A stretch of 64,000 nt of DNA from the human T2T-CHM13v2.0 reference genome, Homo sapiens (GCF_009914755.1 NC_060945.1); one strand, 5' to 3'; shown: positions 21,856 through 35,708, counted from the first letter of the stretch. A program made the numbers and translations. The notes: a model not told the origin generated them from the letters alone.

Positions 21856-24767
21856 CATGGCTAGCATCACCCTCCTTCCTGGCAGTGACACTGCTGATTT
21901 GAACCCCAGTTTCACAGCTGTCATTTGTAAATAGGACCATTTTCCCTTTTCTCTCTCCCTTCCATTCACAGGGCTTCTCATTCCCTCTGTTTCTGCCTCC
22001 GTTTCAGAGATTTACTCACCTTTTTCTCTCTCACTATGTCTGCCGTGGTCTCCATAAGAGTGTGCCACATAAAATTGCCCCATTAAAAGTCATGAATTGA
22101 GTGGAATTTAGTATACCTGTGGTTGTGCACATTCAATTTTAATTCGCAATCCATTTTAGAAGGTTTTATCACCCCCGACCAGAGAAACACCCTGTGGACA
22201 ATAGTCACTCCTCATTCTGTCTCAAACCCTCTCCCTGACCCTCAGCCCTAGGTAACAACTGCATAGAGCGATCAACCCCATATGCATAGATTTCCATATT
22301 GTGGACAGTTCCTATAAACGGAATTGCACAATACGTGAGCTTTTGTGACTGACATAACACTTTTAGCACAATATTTTCAAGATTCATCCACATTGCAGCC
22401 TTACCCACAGGGGGAAACCGCATTTTGTGGTTTCAGTAACACCGGGTGTTTTCTCCTTCCTTCCGTCTCTCCTTCCTTCCTTCCTTCCTTCCTTCCTTCC
22501 TTCCTTCCTTCCTTCCTCCCTTCCTTCCTCCCTTCCTCCCATTTCTCTCTTATTCCTTCTGCCTTCTCTCTTTCATATGCCTTAGGTGCATCCTACGTCC
22601 TGCGTCTTTTTGGGGAATCCTCGACAGGTGCTGGAAAACTGTGTTATTGTAATTATTTACCGGTATCTCTCTTTCATGGTTCTCCATCAGTTGTAAGCAT
22701 CTATTGGTTTATCCCAGGTCACTAAGTATATTTTAATTAGCTACACCTGTTTTTCTTTATACACCTGTTTCTGGAGTATAGGGTCGCATACTCATAAACC
22801 CAGTGTAACTCAGAAACGCATCTAATATTCCAATAGACCCATCATAACGTTGAAAAATCATAAATCAAACCAACTTAAGTCACGATTTGGCGCTGGATAT
22901 GGGCTCCATCAATTCCATTGTATTCAATAATGCTGTACACCATTAACAATGGCAGACTGATTGGGCGTGGATGTGGATAACATTATAAAAATCAGTTATT
23001 AGAGGGATACTTTAACCTGACGGAAGAGCTGATCTAATGGTATTAGTACAGTGATGATTATGTGAGATGTTTTGAGACAGAGTAGTACATTTGTGTATGA
23101 GATTCTGTGGCTTTTTTCACTTAGTAGGAACCTTTGTGTGTGGAAAACTGAGAAAATTGCTTTGTGCTGTAGAGTCTGGCATTCGTTGTAGATTAAAGCT
23201 TGTTTTTCTGGATGTAAATCTCATTCAATAAAATACTACTCTTTATAATAAAAAACAAAGACACTGGTGATGTGAAGTCATTATCCTCAGCAAACTAATC
23301 CAGGAACAGAAAACCAAGCGCCACATTCTCACTTATAATGGGAGCTGAAAAATGGGATCACGTGGACACAGGAAGGGGAACAACACACACTGGGGCCTTT
23401 CGGGAGGCAGAGCGTTAAGAAAAACAGCTACCGCATGCTGGGCTTAATACCTAGGTGATGGGTTGACAGGTGCAGCAAACCACCGTGGCACACGTTTACC
23501 TTAGTAACAAATCTGCACAGCCTGCCCATATATTCCAGAACTTAGAAACGAAACGAAAGCAAAGAAAACGAGAAAGCGATAGCAAAACGCTAACGGCGAA
23601 ACAGAGTTTCAAACTCAGAAAGTGAGAGACCAATGTTTGGTTCAAATCATGGTTCTCAACCCAGGTGCCATAAGGTCAGGATAAAGAATTTGATGACGTA
23701 TTGTAAATAAGACATGCAGCGGAGGACCAGAAAAATCGTTCTCAACATACGTGTGGCTTCGAGTTCAACGGTGACACTATGTACAGTGACATAGCATTAG
23801 ATTCCAAAGGGCCGAGTCCCGCAAGACTGGCCTCCCACACTAATAATAATGGGAAGCGCTACGTTGCTTTCCCTGTGCTTCTCAGCAACTGGCTATAAAT
23901 CAGGTTTCCACCACTCCCAGTTTTAGTTGCATTCATTTGCTGGAAGAGCTCACAGCACGCAGGGAAACACTGACATTTCCCATTTTCTGTATTTTAGCAG
24001 ATATTGCAAAAACTTCAGAAAAAACTTTTGGGCCCGGCATGTGGGGAGGGGCTCACTGCCTTCCAGGAAGTGTTATCCAGAAGCTCTCTAAACCCAGTCC
24101 TTTTGGGTTTTTATGGAGACCTCATTCTATAGGCATGATGGGTTAAACCATAGGCTATTGGTGATCAACTCAACCTGGGGCTCTCAACCCTCCCTGGAAA
24201 TTGGGGTTGAGGCTTTGCCATTCTCAGTCTGAGTAAAAGAATTTACACAAACGGAATTTTAAAACAGATTAGCATATCTGGAAACTTAACTAGATGACGG
24301 AATTATCTGGAGCCACACCTTGATATTCCTAACCCGAGCACCCTCATCCAACGAATGCTCCACCCAACTGGCAACCAAGTCTCTACGGGGTTCCAGAGCA
24401 AAAGAATGTTTATACAACGCATATCTCCACCTTTTCTTCAAAGTCTTTTCGCTTACACGGAAAGACTTCTTCAACTGCCATGCATCAGGGTCAGGGGGAG
24501 GTCTTGTTACAACACAGATCTGCGGATCTCCGGGGTTTGATTGTGGCAAGGATGCTGCTGGTGTCAAAACCACAACGTGGGAACCACAGAACCACTAGTT
24601 GGTTTTCAGTGTTTCAGTGCATACAATTCCTAATATATCTGGCCAAGAAAACTTGTAAGTTCTTAGATTGTCCGAAAGGTGGCGCATGAAATCAAATCAG
24701 GAGAACAGTTTCCTACGAGGTGTAGCCTGGGAACCTTGGGGGTGACTGATGGAAAGGAGGAGTGAAG

Positions 24768-24838
24768 CTCCGCCCTTTCCGCTGCGAGGCTGCGCCCGAG
24801 GCTATTTAAACCCACCCTGGCTGGCCTGTACTCAGATC
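24768..24838 (+). promoter_or_regulatory. Candidate core promoter, unit 4
   Basis: Same GC box/TATTTAAA (24803)/Inr. Confidence 0.6.
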
Positions 24839-25153
24839 TTCGCAGAGCGGAGCAGCGGCCGGAGCGTTTGGCGGACTCTGCGTGGACTTGGAGCTCACAG
24901 CGTCTTGCGACTTGGAAGCGGATTCAGAGGACAGGACAGAACACTTGGGCAAGTGAATCTCTGTCTGTCTGTCTGTCTCATTGGTTGGCTTATTTCCATT
25001 TTCTTAAGGAGCACATACCTCACACCACACACACACAAACACACACACACACACGCACGCACGCACGCACACACACACGCACACACACACACTAATTCAT
25101 TCTGCGGGTTAGGAAATTAGTAGGGGTCTCTGGGAGCTGCAAGTTTCCTAATC

Positions 25154-28100
25154 ATGTCTGCACCTAAGAACACTAGGGTCTTGTCTGGCTCTTCTTATAA
25201 ACGGTCCCCCAGCCCGGACTCCCCAAGATCCATGCTAGCCTCACCCAGCTTCTCCCTCTCCCCTCTCAGAAACTCAGACTTAAGAGGAAGCTCCTCACCA
25301 GGGATCCGGAGCTACCATTCACCATCCCCTAGGGCTTCACCACACTCACCTCTGTCATCACCAGTATCCCACAATCTCCCATTTCCCTGTCCTATCCGTG
25401 ATGGGCAATCAATGAAGCCATTGGGCTCTCCCGTGTCCTCCTCTGAGGATTCTACAGAGTCACCACGTTCATCAGTAATATACCACATGTTCCTACTGCC
25501 ATCACCCAGCAGCTCACCCCCAGCTCTCTGGGAGTCTCCTGGGTCTCCCAGCTACTCTCCAAACAACCCCAGATTTCAGCTGGAGTCAGCCCCCCACACC
25601 CAGGACTCACCTGCAAACTCACGAGCCTCACGGTGCTCCTCCCCTATGTCTTTCATCTCTTCACCCCCAGGCCTCAGGGACTCTCCTGTGGCTCCCAGTT
25701 ACTCTCAAGCCATCCCCATGTTCCTGCGGGAGTCAGCCCCATGCACTCAGGAGTCCCCCAGAGACTCACAGGTCTCGGGAGAATATGAGCGGTCCCCCAG
25801 TCCTGACTCCTCAAGATTCATGCCTGCCTCACCCAGCATCTACCTCTCCCCTCCCAGGAACTCAGACCCAAGGGGCACCTCCTCACAAGGGATGTGGAAG
25901 TGCTCTACATCATCCCGCAGGGCTTCACCACTCTCACATCCGTCATCGGCAGAATTCCACAACTTTACATTTCCCTTTCCTAACCAAGCAGGACAATCAC
26001 TCATGTCATTGTGTTCTCCCGTGTCCTCCTCTGGAGATTCCTCACAGTCACCCCATTCATCAATAATATACCATGTGTTCTTAGTGCCATCATCCAGCAG
26101 CTCACCCCCAGCCACCAATGACTCTCCTGTCTGTCCCAGCTACTCTCCAACTACGCCCAGATTTCAGCGGGCGTCGGTATCCAACACCCCAGAAACACCT
26201 ACAAACTCACAGACCTCAGTGAGATCCTCGCCAGTCTCTCTCACGTCTTCACCCCCAGGCCTTACGGACCCTCCAGTCTCTCCCAGCTACTATCCAACCA
26301 CGCGCACATTTCATCGCGGGTCAGATCCAGGAACCCAGGGATCACCAGCAAGCCCACCACTTTCACTGTGTTACTCCCCAGTCTCAAGCACGTCTTTATC
26401 TCCAACCCTCAGGGACTCTCCTGTCTGTCCCAGCTATTCTCCAACCACGCCCACGTTTCAGCGGGAGTCCGTTGCAGGCTCCCAGCAATCACCAGCAAAC
26501 TCACCAATTTCACTCAATTACTCTCCAGTCTCTCTCATGTCTTCACCAGCCCTCAGGGACTCTCCCATCTGTCCCAGCTACTCTCCAACCACTCCCAGAT
26601 TTCAGCTGGAAGCAGTTCCTTGCACCCAGGAATCACCACCAAACTCACCAACTTCACTCAATTACTCCCCAGTCTCTCTCATGTCTTCACCATCCCTCAG
26701 GGACTCTCCCGTCTGTCTCAGCTACTCTCCAACCACGCCCACATTTCAGCTGGAGTACCTTCGAGGCACCCCGGAGTCACCACCAAACTCACCAATTTCA
26801 CTCAATTACACTCCAGTCTCTCTCATGTCTTCACCAGCCATCAGGGACTCTCCCGTCTGTCCCAGCTACTCTCCAAAGACGCCCACATTTCAGCTGGAGT
26901 CTGTTGCAGGCACCCTGGAGTCACCACCAAACTCACCAATTTCACTCAATTACTCTCCAGTCTCTCTCATGTCTTCACCAGCCCTCAGGGACTCTACTGT
27001 CTGTCCCAGCTACTCTCCAACCACGCCCAGATTTCAGCTGGAAGCAGTTCCTTGCACCCCAGAATCACCACCAAACTCACCAATTTCACTCAATTACTCT
27101 CTAGTCTCTCTCATGTCTTCACCAGCCCTCAGGGACCCTCCTGTCTGTCCCAGCTACTCTCCAACCACCCCCAGATTTCAGCTGGAGTCTGTTCCAGGCA
27201 CCCCAGAGTCACCACCAAACTCACCAGTTTCACTGAGTTACTCCCCGGTCTCTCTCATGTCTTCACCGCCAGCCCTCAGGGACTCTCCTGTGTGTCCCAG
27301 CTACTCTCCAACCACGCCCACATTTCAGCTGGAGTCAGTTCCAGGCACCCCGGAGTCACCACCAAACTCACCAATTTCACTCAATTACTCTCCAGTCTCT
27401 CTCATGTCTTCACCAGCCCTCAGGGACTCTCCTGTCTGTCCCAGCTACTCTCCAACCACGCCCAGATTTCAGCTGGAAGCAGTTCCTTGCACCCCAGAAT
27501 CACCTCCAAACTCACCAATTTCACTCAATTACTCTCTAGTCTCTCTCATGTCTTCACCAGTCCTCAGGGACCCTCCTGTCTGTCCCAGCTACTCTCCAAC
27601 CACACCCAGATTTCAGTTGGAGTCAGTTCCAGGCACCGCGGAGTCACCACCAAACTCACCAGTTTCACTGAGTTACTCCCCGTTCTCTCTCATGTCTTCA
27701 CAGCCAGCCCTCAGGGACTCTCCTGTTTGTCCCCGCTACTCTCCAACCACGCCCACATTCCAGCTGGAGTCACTTGCAGGCACCCAGGAATTACCTACAA
27801 ACTCAGCAGTTTCACTGAGTTACTCCCCAGTCTCTCTCATGTCTTCAGCCCCAGCCCCCTGGGACTCTCCTGTCTGTCCCAGCTCCTCTCCCAACACGCC
27901 CAGATTTCAGAGGGAGTCAGCCTCCCACACTCCGGAATCACCTACAGACTCACAGACTTCACGGAGGTCCTCCCTGGTCTCTCTCAGGTCTTTGCCCACA
28001 GCCCACAGGGACTCTTGTGTCTCTTTCAGCTACTCTCGAAACTTCTCTAGATTCCAGCTGGACTCAGTTCCAGGCACCCACGACACACCACCAAACTCAC

Positions 28101-28855
28101 GAATTTCACTGACTTACTCCCCAGTCTCTCTCATATTCTCACCCCCAGCCCTCAGGGACTCTTCTGTCTCTCTCAGCTACTCTCCAGCCATCTCCACATC
28201 ACACCTGGGGTCAGCTTCCCACACCCAGGAATCACCTACAAACTCACGGACCTTACTGCAACCCTCCCCCATTTCTTTCACCTCTTCACCCCCTGCTTTC
28301 AGGGACTCTCCTGTGTCTCCCAGCTTCTCTCCAGCCTTCCCCAGATTTCTGCCACAGTCAGCCCCAGGCACCCAGGGTTACCCTGGACACTCACAGGCCT
28401 CACGAGACTATTTCCCAATGACTTGTATCTATAGAGGGATGGCTCCCATACTTCCCTCGGTGACCTCAAACCCATCTCCACTTACACTCAGACACTCCCA
28501 GGGCCTGACAGCTACTCCCCGTTATTGTCCTTCAGCTCGAAGCCCTGGCCCATCTACTAGCCAACATGATGCAGCTACCTGGCCATGTCTCCACATTTCT
28601 GGGGAGGGCCCCACACCCAGCCGCAGAAGAGCCCCTCCTGCATTCCGTCCTCACACACAGGCCTGTCCATCCACTTGCTACTGTCACACTCTTGCCAGCA
28701 GAAGAGGCCCCTGTAATGGCCGATATCACCGCCCAGTCTATCCTCACCCCACAGCTGTGCAGCGGGACCCTCCTGCTGGCCCACGTGGCTGCCACAGCCC
28801 ATGCTGGCACGACGCTCCAGCATGTCGGCGTCCCTGCGGGTCACGCTACTGCTGA
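25154..28855 (+). CDS. Putative 1233-aa Ser/Pro/Thr-rich repeat protein, copy 4, intact (net one 48-aa repeat fewer)
   Basis: Uninterrupted ORF, exactly 144 nt shorter than copies 1/2. Confidence 0.55.
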   Translation: MSAPKNTRVLSGSSYKRSPSPDSPRSMLASPSFSLSPLRNSDLRGSSSPGIRSYHSPSPRASPHSPLSSPVSHNLPFPCPIRDGQSMKPLGSPVSSSEDSTESPRSSVIYHMFLLPSPSSSPPALWESPGSPSYSPNNPRFQLESAPHTQDSPANSRASRCSSPMSFISSPPGLRDSPVAPSYSQAIPMFLRESAPCTQESPRDSQVSGEYERSPSPDSSRFMPASPSIYLSPPRNSDPRGTSSQGMWKCSTSSRRASPLSHPSSAEFHNFTFPFPNQAGQSLMSLCSPVSSSGDSSQSPHSSIIYHVFLVPSSSSSPPATNDSPVCPSYSPTTPRFQRASVSNTPETPTNSQTSVRSSPVSLTSSPPGLTDPPVSPSYYPTTRTFHRGSDPGTQGSPASPPLSLCYSPVSSTSLSPTLRDSPVCPSYSPTTPTFQRESVAGSQQSPANSPISLNYSPVSLMSSPALRDSPICPSYSPTTPRFQLEAVPCTQESPPNSPTSLNYSPVSLMSSPSLRDSPVCLSYSPTTPTFQLEYLRGTPESPPNSPISLNYTPVSLMSSPAIRDSPVCPSYSPKTPTFQLESVAGTLESPPNSPISLNYSPVSLMSSPALRDSTVCPSYSPTTPRFQLEAVPCTPESPPNSPISLNYSLVSLMSSPALRDPPVCPSYSPTTPRFQLESVPGTPESPPNSPVSLSYSPVSLMSSPPALRDSPVCPSYSPTTPTFQLESVPGTPESPPNSPISLNYSPVSLMSSPALRDSPVCPSYSPTTPRFQLEAVPCTPESPPNSPISLNYSLVSLMSSPVLRDPPVCPSYSPTTPRFQLESVPGTAESPPNSPVSLSYSPFSLMSSQPALRDSPVCPRYSPTTPTFQLESLAGTQELPTNSAVSLSYSPVSLMSSAPAPWDSPVCPSSSPNTPRFQRESASHTPESPTDSQTSRRSSLVSLRSLPTAHRDSCVSFSYSRNFSRFQLDSVPGTHDTPPNSRISLTYSPVSLIFSPPALRDSSVSLSYSPAISTSHLGSASHTQESPTNSRTLLQPSPISFTSSPPAFRDSPVSPSFSPAFPRFLPQSAPGTQGYPGHSQASRDYFPMTCIYRGMAPILPSVTSNPSPLTLRHSQGLTATPRYCPSARSPGPSTSQHDAATWPCLHISGEGPTPSRRRAPPAFRPHTQACPSTCYCHTLASRRGPCNGRYHRPVYPHPTAVQRDPPAGPRGCHSPCWHDAPACRRPCGSRYC
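26114..28395 (+). repeat. 144/147-bp ACRO1-like array, unit 4
   Basis: Same monomers, rearranged order. Confidence 0.88.
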
Positions 28856-31771
28856 CATGGCTAGCATCACCCTCCTTCCTGGCAGTGACACTGCTGATTT
28901 GAACCCCAGTTTCACAGCTGTCATTTGTAAATAGGACCATTTTCCCTTTTCTCTCTCCCTTCCATTCACAGGGCTTCTCATTCCCTCTGTTTCTGCCTCT
29001 GTTTCAGAGATTTACTCACCTTTTTCTCTCTCACTATGTCTGCCGTGGTCTCCATAAGAGTGTGCCACATACAATTGCCCCATTAAAAGTCATGAATTGA
29101 GTGGATTTTAGTATACCTGTGGTTGTGCACATTCAATTTTAATTCGCAATCCATTTTAGAAGGTTTTATCACCCCCGACCAGAGAAACACCCTGTGGACA
29201 TTAGTCACTCCTCATTCTGTCTCAAACCCTCTCCCTGACCCTCAGCCCTAGGTAACAACTGCATAGAGCGATCAACCCCATATGCATAGATTTCCATATT
29301 GTGGACATTTCCTATAAACGGAATTGCACAATACGTGAGCTTTTGTGACTGACATAACACTTTTAGCACAATAGTTTCAAGATTCATCCACATTGCAGCC
29401 TTACCCACAGGGGGAAACCGCATTTTGTGGTTTCAGTAACACCGGGTGTTTTCTCCTTCCTTCCGTCTTTCCTTCCTTCCTTCCTTCCTTCCTTCCTTCC
29501 TTCCTTCCTTCCTCCCTTCCTCCCTTCCTTCCTCCCTTCCTCCCATTTCTCTCTTATTCCTTCTGCCCTCTCTCTTTCATATGCCTTAGGTGCATCCTAC
29601 GTCCTGCATCTTTTTGGGGAATCCTCGACAGGTGCTGGAAAATTGTGTTATTGTAATTATTTACCGGTATCTCTCTTTCATGGTTCTCCATCAGTTGTAA
29701 GCATCTATTGGTTTATCCCAGGTCACTAAGTATATTTTAATTAGCTACACCTGTTTTTCTTTATACACCTGTTTCTGGAGTATAGGGTCGCATACTCATA
29801 AACCCAGTGTAACTCAGAAACGCATCTAATATTCCAATAGACCCATCATAACGTTGAAAAATCATAAATCAAACCAACTTAAGTCACGATTTGGCGCTGG
29901 ATATGGGCTCCATCAATTCCATTGTATTCAATAATGCTGTACACCATTAACAATGGCAGACTGATTGGGCGTGGATGTGGATAACATTATAAAAATCAGT
30001 TATTAGAGGGATACTTTAACCTGACGGAAGAGCTGATCTAATGGTATTAGTACAGTGATGATTATGTGAGATGTTTTGAGACAGAGTAGTACATTTGTGT
30101 ATGAGATTCTGTGGCTTTTTTCACTTAGTAGGAACCTTTGTGTGTGGAAAACTGAGAAAATTGCTTTGTGCTGTAGAGTCTGGCATTCGTTGTAGATTAA
30201 AGCTTATTTTTCTGGATGTAAATCTTATTCAATAAAATACTACTCTTTATAATAAAAAACAAAGACACTGGTGATGTGAAGTCATTATCCTCAGCAAACT
30301 AATCCAGGAACAGAAAACCAAGCACCACATTCTCACTTATAATGGGAGCTGAAAAATGGGATCACGTGGACACAGGAAGGGGAACAACACACACTGGGGC
30401 CTTTCGGGAGGCAGAGCGTTAAGAAAAACAGCTACCGCATGCTGGGCTTAATACCTAGGTGATGGGTTGACAGGTGCAGCAAACCACCGTGGCACACGTT
30501 TACCTTAGTAACAAATCTGCACAGCCTGCCCATATATTCCAGAACTTTGAAACGAAACGAAAGCAAAGAAAACGAGAAAGCAATAGCAAAACGCTAACGG
30601 CGAAACAGAGTTTCAAACTCAGAAAGTGAGAGACCAATGTTTGGTTCAAATCATGGTTCTCAACCCAGGTGCCATAAGGTCAGGATAAAGAATTTGATGA
30701 CGTATTGTAAATAAGACATGCAGCGGAGGACCAGAAAAATCGTTCTCAACATACGTGTGGCTTCGAGTTCAACGGTGACGCTATCTACAGTGTCATAGCA
30801 TTAGATTCCAAAGGGCCGAGTCCAGCAAGACTGGCCTCCCACACTAATAATAATGGGAAGCGCTACGTTGCTTTACCTGTGCTTCTCAGCAACTGGCTAT
30901 AAATCAGGTTTCCACCACTCACAGTTTTAGTTGCATTCATTTGCTGGAAGAGCTCACAGCACGCAGGGAAACACTGACATTTCCCATTTTTTGTATTTTA
31001 GCAGATATTGCAAAGACTTCAGAAAAAACTTTTGGGCTCGGCATGTGGGGAGGGGCGCACTGCCTTCCAGGAAGTGTTATCCAGAAGCTCTCTAAACCCA
31101 GTCCTTTTGGGTTTTTATGGAGACCTCATTCTATAGGCATGATGGGTTAAACCATAGGCTATTGGTGATCAACTCAACCTGGGGCTCTCAACCCTCCCTG
31201 GAAATTGGGGTTGAGGCCTTGCCATTCTCAGTCTGAGTAAAAGAATTTACGCAAACGGAATTTTAAAACATATTAGCATATCTGGAAACTTAACTAGACG
31301 ACGGAATTATCTGGAGCCACACCTTGATATTCCTAACCCGAGCACCCTCATCCAACGAATGCTCCACCCAACTGGCTCCCAAGTCTCTACGGGGTTCCAG
31401 AGCAAAAGAATGTTTATACAACGCATATCTCCACCTTTTCTTCAAAGTCTTTTCGCTTACACGGAAAGACTTCTTCAACTGCCATGCATCAGGGTCAGGG
31501 GGAGGTCTTGTTACAACACAGATCTGCGGATCTCCGGGGTTTGATTGTGGCAAGGATGCTGCTGGTGTCAAAACCACAACGTGGGAACCACAGAACCACT
31601 AGTTGGTTTTCAGTGTTTCAGTGCATACAATTCCTAATATATCTGGCCAAGAAAACTTGTAAGTTCTTAGATTGTCCGAAAGGTGGCGCATGAAATCAAA
31701 TCAGGAGAACAGTTTCCTACGAGGTGTAGCCTGGGAACCTTGGGGGTGACTGATGGAAAGGAGGAGTGAAG

Positions 31772-31842
31772 CTCCGCCCTTTCCGCTGCGAGGCTGCGCC
31801 CGAGGCTATTTAAACCCACCCTGGCTGGCCTGTACTCAGATC
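31772..31842 (+). promoter_or_regulatory. Candidate core promoter, unit 5
   Basis: Same GC box/TATTTAAA (31807)/Inr. Confidence 0.55.
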
Positions 31843-32157
31843 TTCGCAGAGCGGAGCAGCGGCCGGAGCGTTTGGCGGACTCTGCGTGGACTTGGAGCTC
31901 ACAGCGTCTTGCGACTTGGAAGCGGATTCAGAGGACAGGACAGAACACTTGGGCAAGTGAATCTCTGTCTGTCTGTCTCTCTCATTGGTTGGTTTATTTC
32001 CATTTTCTTAAGGAGCACATACCTCACACCACACACACACAAACACACACACACACACGCACGCACGCACGTACACACACACGCACACACACACACTAAT
32101 TCATTCTGCGGGTTAGGAAATTAGTAGGGGTCTCTGGGAGCTGCAGGTTTCCTAATC

Positions 32158-35100
32158 ATGTCTGCACCTAAGAACACTAGGGTCTTGTCTGGCTCTTCTT
32201 ATGAACGGTCCCCCAGCCCGGACTCCCCAAGATCCATGCTAGCCTCACCCAGCTTCTCCCTCTCCCCTCTCAGAAACTCAGACTTAAGAGGAAGCTCCTC
32301 ACCAGGGATCCGGAGCTAACATTCACCATCCCCTAGGGCTTCACCACACTCACCTCTGTCATCACCAGTATCCCCCAATCTCCCATTTCCCTGTCCTATC
32401 CGTGATGGGCAATCAATGAAGCCATTGGGCTCTCCCGTGTCCTCCTCTGAGGATTCTACAGTCACCACATTCATCAGTAATATACCACATGTTCCTACTG
32501 CCATCACCCAGCAGCTCACCCCCAGCTCTCTGGGAGTCTCCTGGGTCTCCCAGCTACTCTCCAAACAACCCCAGATTTCAGCTGGAGTCAGCCCCCCACA
32601 CCCAGGAATCACCTGCAAACTCACGAGCCTCACGGTGCTCCTCCCCTATGTCTTTCATCTCTTCACCCCCAGGCCTCAGGGACTCTCCTGTGGCTCCCAG
32701 TTACTCTCAAGCCATCCCCATGTTCCTGCGGGAGTCAGCCCCATGCACTCAGGAGTCCCCCAGAGACTCACAGGTCTCGGGAGAATATGAGCGGTCCCCC
32801 AGCCCTGACTCCTCAAGATTCATGCCTGCCTCACCCAGCATCTACCTCTCCCCTCCCAGGAACTCAGACCCAAGGGGCAGCTCCTCACAAGGGATGTGGA
32901 AGTACTCTACATCATCCCGCAGGGCTTCACCACTCTCACATCCGTCATCGGCAGAATTCCACAACTTTACATTTCCCTTTCCTAACCAAGCAGGACAATC
33001 ACTCATGTCATTGTGTTCTCCCGTGTCCTCCTCTGGAGATTCCTCACAGTCACCCCATTCATCAATAATATACCATATGTTCTTACTGCCATCATCCAGC
33101 AGCTCACCCCCAGCCACCAATGACTCTCCTGTCTGTCCCAGCTACTCTCCAACTACGCCCAGATTTCAGCAGGCGTCGGTATCCAACACCCCAGAAACAC
33201 CTACAAACTCACAGACCTCAGTGAGATCCTCGCCAGTCTCTCTCACGTCTTCACCCCCAGGCCTTACGGACCCTCCAGTCTCTCCCAGCTACTATCCAAC
33301 CACGCGCACATTTCAGCGCGGGTCAGATCCAGGAACCCAGGGATCACCCGCAAGCCCACCACTTTCACTGTGTTACTCCCCAGTCTCAAGCACGTCTTTA
33401 TCTCCAACCCTCAGGGACTCTCCTGTCTGTCCCAGCTATTCTCCAACCACGCCCACGTTTCAGCGGGAGTCCGTTGCAGGCACCCAGCAATCACCAGCAA
33501 ACTCACCAATTTCACTCAATTACTCTCCAGTCTCTCTCATGTCTTCACCAGCCCTCAGGGACTCTCCCATCTGTCCCAGCTACTCTCCAACCATGCCCAG
33601 ATGTCAGCTGGAAGCAGTTCCTTGCACCCAGGAATCACCACCAAACTCACCAATTTCACTCAATTACTCCGCAGTCTCTCTCATGTCTTCACCAGCCCTC
33701 AGGGACTCTCCCGTCTGTCTCAGCTACTCTCCAACCACGCCACATTTCAGCTGGAGTCAGATCCAGGCACCCCGGAGTCACCACCAAACTCACCAATTTC
33801 ACTCAATTGCTCTCCATTCTCTCTCATGTCTTCAGCAGCCATCAGGGACTCTCCCGTCTGTCCCAGCTAGTCTCCAACCACGCCCACATTTCAGCTGGAG
33901 TCAGATCCAGGCACCCCGGAGTCACCACCAAACTCTCCAATTTCACTCAATTACTCTCCAGTCTCTCTCATGTCTTCACCAGCCCTCAGGGACTCTCCCG
34001 TCTGTCCCAGCTACTGTCCAACGACGCCCAGATTTCAGCTGGAAGCAGTTTCTTGCTCCCCAGAATCAACACCAAACTCACCAATTTCACTCAATTACTC
34101 TCCAGTCTCTCTCATGTCTTCACCAGCCATCAGGGACTCTCCCGTCTGTCCCAGCTACTCTCCAACCACGCCCACATTTCAGCTGGAGTCACTTCCAGGC
34201 ACCCCAGAGTCACCACCAAACTCACCAATTTCACTCAATTTCTCTCCAGTCTCTCCGATGTCTTCACCAGCCCTCAGGGACTCTACTGTCTGTCCCAGCT
34301 AGTCTCCAACCACGCCCAGATTTCAGCTGGAAGCAGTTCCTTTCACCCCGGAATCACCTCCAAACTCACCAATTTCACTCAATTACTCTCTAGTCTCTCT
34401 CATGTCTTCACCAGCCTCAGGGACCCTCCTGTCTGTCACAGCTACTCTCCAACCACCCCCAGATTTCAGCTGGAGTCAGTTCCAGGCACCCCGGAGTCAC
34501 CACCAAACTCACCAGTTTCACTGAGGTACTCCCCGGTCTCTCTCATGTCTTCACCGCCAGCCCTCAGGGACTCTCCTGTGTGTCCCAGCTACTCTCCAAC
34601 CACGCCCACATTTCAGCTGGAGTCACTTGCAGGCACCCAGGAATTACCTACAAACTCAGCAGTTTCACTGAGTTACTCCCCAGTCTCTCTCATGTCTTCA
34701 GCCCCAGCCCCCTGGGACTCTCCTGTCTGTCCCAGCTCCTCTCCCACCACGCCCAGATTTCAGAGGGAGTCAGCCTCCCACACTCTGGAATCACCTGCAG
34801 ACTCACAGACTTCACGGAGGTCCTCCCTGATCTCTCTCAAGTCTTTGCCCTCAGCCCACAGGGACTCTTGTGTCTCTTTCAGCTACTCTCGAAACTTCTC
34901 TAGATTCCAGCTGGACTCAGTTCCAGGCACCCACGACACACCACCAAACTCACGAATTTCACTGACTTACTGCCCAGTCTCTCTCATGTTCTCACCCCCA
35001 GCCCTCAGGGACTCTTCTGTCTCTCTCAGCTACTCTCCAACCATCTCCACATCACACCTGGGGTCAGCTTCCCACACCCAGGAATCACCTACAAACTCAC

Positions 35101-35708
35101 GGACCTTACTGCAACCCTCCCCCATTTCTTTCACCTCTTCACCCCCTGCTTTCTGGGACTCTCCTGTGTCTCCCAGCTTCTCTCCAGCCTTCCCCAGATT
35201 TCTGCCACAGTCAGCCCCAGGCACCCAGGGGAACCCTGGACACTCATAGTCCTCACGAGACTATTTCCCAATGACTTGTATCTATAGAGCGATGGCTCCC
35301 ATGCTTCCCTCAGTGACCCCAAACCCATCTCCACTTACACTCAGACACTCCCAGGGCCTGACAGCTACTCCCCGTTATTGTCCTTCAGCTCGAAGCCCTG
35401 GCCCATCTACTAGCCAACATGATGCAGCTACCTGGCCATGTCTCCACATTTCTGGGGAGGGCCCCACACCCAGCCGCAGAAGAGCCCCTCCTGCATTCCG
35501 TCCTCACACACAGGCCTGTCCATCCACTTGCTACTGTCACACTCTTGCCAGCAGAAGAGGCCCCTGTAATGGCCGATATCACCGCCCAGTCTATCCTCAC
35601 CCCACAGCTGTGCAGCGGGACCCTCCTGCTGGCCCACGTGGCTGCCACAGCCCATGCTGGCACGACGCTCCAGCATGTCGGCGTCCCTGCGGGCCACGCT
35701 ACCGCTGA
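32158..35708 (+). pseudogene. Heavily disrupted copy 5 of the repeat-protein ORF
   Basis: ATG 32158; TAA at codon 54 (32317-32319); 2-bp deletion near 32460; 1-bp deletions near 33740 and 34414; TAG at 33868, 34300, 35247. Confidence 0.7.
33116..35248 (+). repeat. 144/147-bp ACRO1-like array, unit 5 (net two monomers fewer)
   Basis: Length deficit 295 = 144 + 147 + 4 bp of small deletions. Confidence 0.88.

Noticed and set aside
2015-28855. Using differences among the intact copies as evidence of purifying selection
   Set aside because: The few differences I can see between copies 1, 2 and 4 include many amino-acid changes; they do not show constraint and temper the coding claim
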